From the NCBI RefSeq assembly GCF_001194135.2, contig NC_068984.1, positions 38,664,684-38,728,683 on the forward strand: a DNA stretch of 64,000 nucleotides, in the 5' to 3' direction. Positions within the stretch are counted from its first letter, which is position 1. Each line of letters opens with the position of its first letter. Of the stretch, positions 60,622-64,000 are shown piece after piece. The stretch comes from Octopus bimaculoides. Its lineage: Eukaryota. The notes under the pieces were generated by a model. It was not told where the DNA came from and did no database searches. It was given only the letters and a program-made list of their open reading frames with translations. The translations under genes and the position numbers were made by a program.

Positions 60622-61801
60622 AATGGCGATATTATTTGGCCAAAACTACGACCCATACATTCTTAAATACTATCCTTTACAGACATACTATTGCATAGAC
60701 GTATGTACGAACACACGTACGAGTAAGTATATGTACTCATGCATATATGCTATAAAGACAGCTGTGTCATTTACACAAATTATATCTAGGAAAAATCTTA
60801 ATAAAAGGAATAGAAGGAAGGCGGACATTGGATGTGAGCTTGAAAAAGAGTAAGATGGAAGACAAAATAGTATGAGGCGTATATTGGTACCTCACAGAGA
60901 AGAGGTCCAGAGGATAAAAATGTAATGTTCTGCTTTGTCTTTGATGTATCTCGTTTGAACCATAATTTTGAAGAATACAACAGACTAAGTAGAGTACCTC
61001 GTTCAGTTAAGATGACGAGTTATATGGTGCGTTGTTAGGAACATGGAGATGTTCCCGGAAACGATCACCCAAATAACGTTCTCTCCCATCTAATTACAAT
61101 ATATTGCAAATTTTCTTATCCTGCAGTTTATAAGATTGAAGCTTAACTCTAACAAACTTGCTTCAAGCAATAAAAAAACTAAATCCCGCTTATTTGAATT
61201 AAGTATTGGTGCGATTGATGCAACAGCTCGCCAATGAATATATTTAAAAATGCAAAAATAATATGGGTATACCATTTGTCATCCATTTTCATTCAAGCAA
61301 AGATTAAATTTAATCAGAATCTTTAAATAATCAAACTAAAAAACGCAATCCATCTACATTTTAGTTTACGGTGATATATCTAAATCGGAGATTAAATCAT
61401 CAGGGTACATTGGAAGGAAACCAATGATTATTTATCTTAAGTAGACAACAGAGGGAGCCACATGAGTATTAATCTATAAGAAACCCATGATTTTTTTTTT
61501 TTTTACCCTTGCATTTTCTCATCAGACTAACTTCGTTGTGCAATCAACATCGTAACTTTTTTAATTGTTTTGTTTTATAATAATGTTCTGAAGGACTGGC
61601 TAAAAACATTAACTTTTTTATTGTCTTATTTTAACATCCCGCTGCTTGTATGTACGTAACATACTTCTGTATTTACTTTGTTAATTGTGTGCCGGAATGT
61701 ATTTTCTTAGAATCAAGAACGCATAACTGCGCAACAATTTTGTAACGTAATATCTTTGATAATTAACTAAAAGTATTTATCTGTCTGTCTATCGACTAGA
61801 A

Positions 61802-62096
61802 TACGGGGTTCTCAGCTGGGGTTATGAGAACCAAGGGCTGCAGATACGGGACTCCATCACAAGTATCATTTTCTGTAAGTAAATACCAACAATATCCCTT
61901 TTGATTTTCTTTCCTGTTTTCTTCCTGGTTATCCTTAGGTAAAGTAAAACCCATAAATATTGGAACTGTATGATACCTGTATGATACTTGTATGTAATAG
62001 GAGTAGTGATGATGATTTAGACAGTCTGGGGAACGGGGAGACATATTAGAACGACCCGTTGGGGGTCTGGAATCGTAAAAAGGTCACGAACCTCTG
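61802..62096. mobile_element. hAT/Charlie-type MITE
   Basis: Ends TACGGGGTTCTCAGCT / AAAAAGGTCACGAACCTCTG. 8-bp flanks GACTAGAA (61794-61801) / TACTAAAA (62097-62104) match 6/8 and fit the NNCTARNN Charlie target. Confidence 0.58.
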
Positions 62097-63007
62097 TACT
62101 AAAAGATAAAAATAAAATACCTTTCCATCAGGTCTATTGACTTCAGACAAGACGTATTTCGTAATTTGGTGCTTGATATATTTAGAGGAATGGAATTTTG
62201 CTAGCAATCGGTTCCATTATCAGTATTGCGTTTGGTCTTCCCTACCAACTCTAAAGCATGTTGTTATTGTTGTTGTATATCTTATTTATTTTCAGTTAAT
62301 ATATCCAGAAAAATACATTATTCAATGCGTCCTTTAGTTTAAGATGGTCAGGTATTGGGAGAAATTTGGCTGCTGTTTCTAGTCGGTCGGTCGGTCGGTC
62401 TATCATGTACATGCTCCTTCGTGCCTCAATTTAAATGTTTGTTCATATTATTGTTTGATTTTTAGAAATTTCTCATGAATAATGGTACAGCTTTCTTAGC
62501 TTTATTAGTTCAATGATTACCATGTACTTACATGTGTAGGGTGCAGATGTTGAAATGACAGGATGATTTATATATTAGATTATTATCCAATATGTTATGA
62601 GTGTAAACCTGCAGCAGATGTTGTGTCCAAGCAGGACACATAATTATACCTACGCCTGTAACATTTATATGAAAAGTAATAGAAAACCACACCAGTCTAC
62701 TTTTTCCTAGAAAACCAGGTATTTGCTTATATCAACAGGACTACAAGTTGTTTTCGGCTTCCTGCTATACATACACAATTTCTTAACTATTACCTCCTCA
62801 ATTCAAATATTCATGGACTTCGATCCAAACTTGATCCCACTCACCAAATCCTTTTAACAAGCAAACAATGCGTCCTATCTTTTTCTTTATGACACAAATC
62901 TCTGACCCTTTATCTCTATATAACTTGAAAATGAACACTACCTTCACCAGTCGCCATTACAACAAGCTAGAACACTAAATGTACGGATGTTTGAATACAG
63001 GAGGTAT

Positions 63008-64000
63008 AATGGTTTTAAATTTTGGCAAAGGGCCTGCAGTTTTTGAGGGGTGGGTGAAGTCGATTACATTGAACCAGTATTTGACTGGTACTTATTTTAT
63101 CGACCCCGAAAGAATGAAAGGCAAAGTCGACATCGGCGTAATTTGAGCTCAGAACGTAAAGACGAACGAAATGGCACTAATCATGTTGTCCGGCGTGCTA
63201 ACAGTTCTGCCAACTCCCTGACTTAGCGGAGCTTAATAATCCTTTCTACAATAGGTACAAGGCCTGAAATTTATGGAAGGGGGTTAGTCGATTACATCGA
63301 CTCCAGTGCTCAACTGGTACTTATTTTATCAATCTCTATAAGGTGAAAGGCGAAATCGAACTTGGCGGAAATTGAGCTCAGAACATAAAGACGGACGAAA
63401 TGCCGCTAAGCATTTTGCCGGTATGCTAACGATTCTGCCGGCTCGCCGCCTTAGCAGAGGTAACAATAAAAGGTAGACTGGTGTAGCTTTCCGTTGCTTT
63501 TCATATAAACATTACGGCAACGTACTACCATCCGAAAAATTGTGCCCTGAATTTAAGTCGCACTGAAGTCACTTTTGCCTTTTATCTTACCGAAGTCGAT
63601 AAAATAAAGTACCTGTCGAGTACGACTAATCTCTTTCTCTTAAAATTGCTGGCCTTCTGCCTAAATCAAAGACCGTTACTCATATTAAGGCGGATGGTGA
63701 AGAAGACAGATACTTCAGAGCATCATTCTAAACTAAGTTCATTCCCGTCAGTTCAAACTTCGACGACATTCAGTTTCAGTACAAATGAGTGTACATTTCC
63801 CTTCAAATCTGTGACTTCGTGCCAGTATATATTGTTATTCTAAAGAAGATTATGTATTAATTGTTATGTAATTTCATTTGCATTTAAAATTCCGTTATAC
63901 CTATTAAAATTGTTTTCTGGCATAGGTTCAGGCGACATATATTGAGGAAGGGTACGGAATTAATATACAAGCCAGTGGAGGCGGCGAGCTGGCAGAATCG
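63008..64000. mobile_element. Four SINE family A pieces (-63008-63222, -63238-63452, +63570-63670, +63978-end)
   Basis: Consensus matches; the last copy runs off the window. Confidence 0.85.

Overview
AT-rich animal genomic scaffold with about 13 N-gaps and very dense microsatellites and SINEs. The repeat landscape looks like a coleoid cephalopod (octopus-like); this is an inference from repeat families, not a database match. One host gene is supported, on the minus strand. It has a TATA/Inr near 43.86-43.89 kb and three coding exons (43787-43709, 41586-41374, 22258-20934) with canonical, phase-compatible GT-AG junctions. It encodes a predicted secreted protein of ~520-540 aa: signal peptide, two peritrophin-A/CBM14 (ChtBD2) chitin-binding domains, then a long K/R/E/Q/N-rich low-complexity tail. 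Nearly everything else is decayed mobile DNA. This includes three R4/Dong-type RLE LINEs (one with its (TAA)n tail, one lacking the RT core), two CRE-clade fragments, two L1/Tx1-like pieces, RTE fragments, a Penelope-like fragment, a Tc1/mariner transposase pseudogene, a Mutator-like remnant, MITEs, and more than 35 SINE copies from at least four families. The most notable hand-read signal is a full-length type I hammerhead ribozyme fold at 26625-26544 (minus strand, sense to the gene's intron 2). It lies in a ~355-nt unit present as ~1.5 tandem copies once a TSD-flanked SINE is removed, which is the architecture expected of a non-LTR retrozyme. Four more degenerate hammerhead-like motifs occur in the window. 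No CRISPR arrays, rRNA or intact tRNA genes were seen. All alignments and folds were done by eye. Repeat boundaries are approximate (+/-10-20 nt) unless stated.
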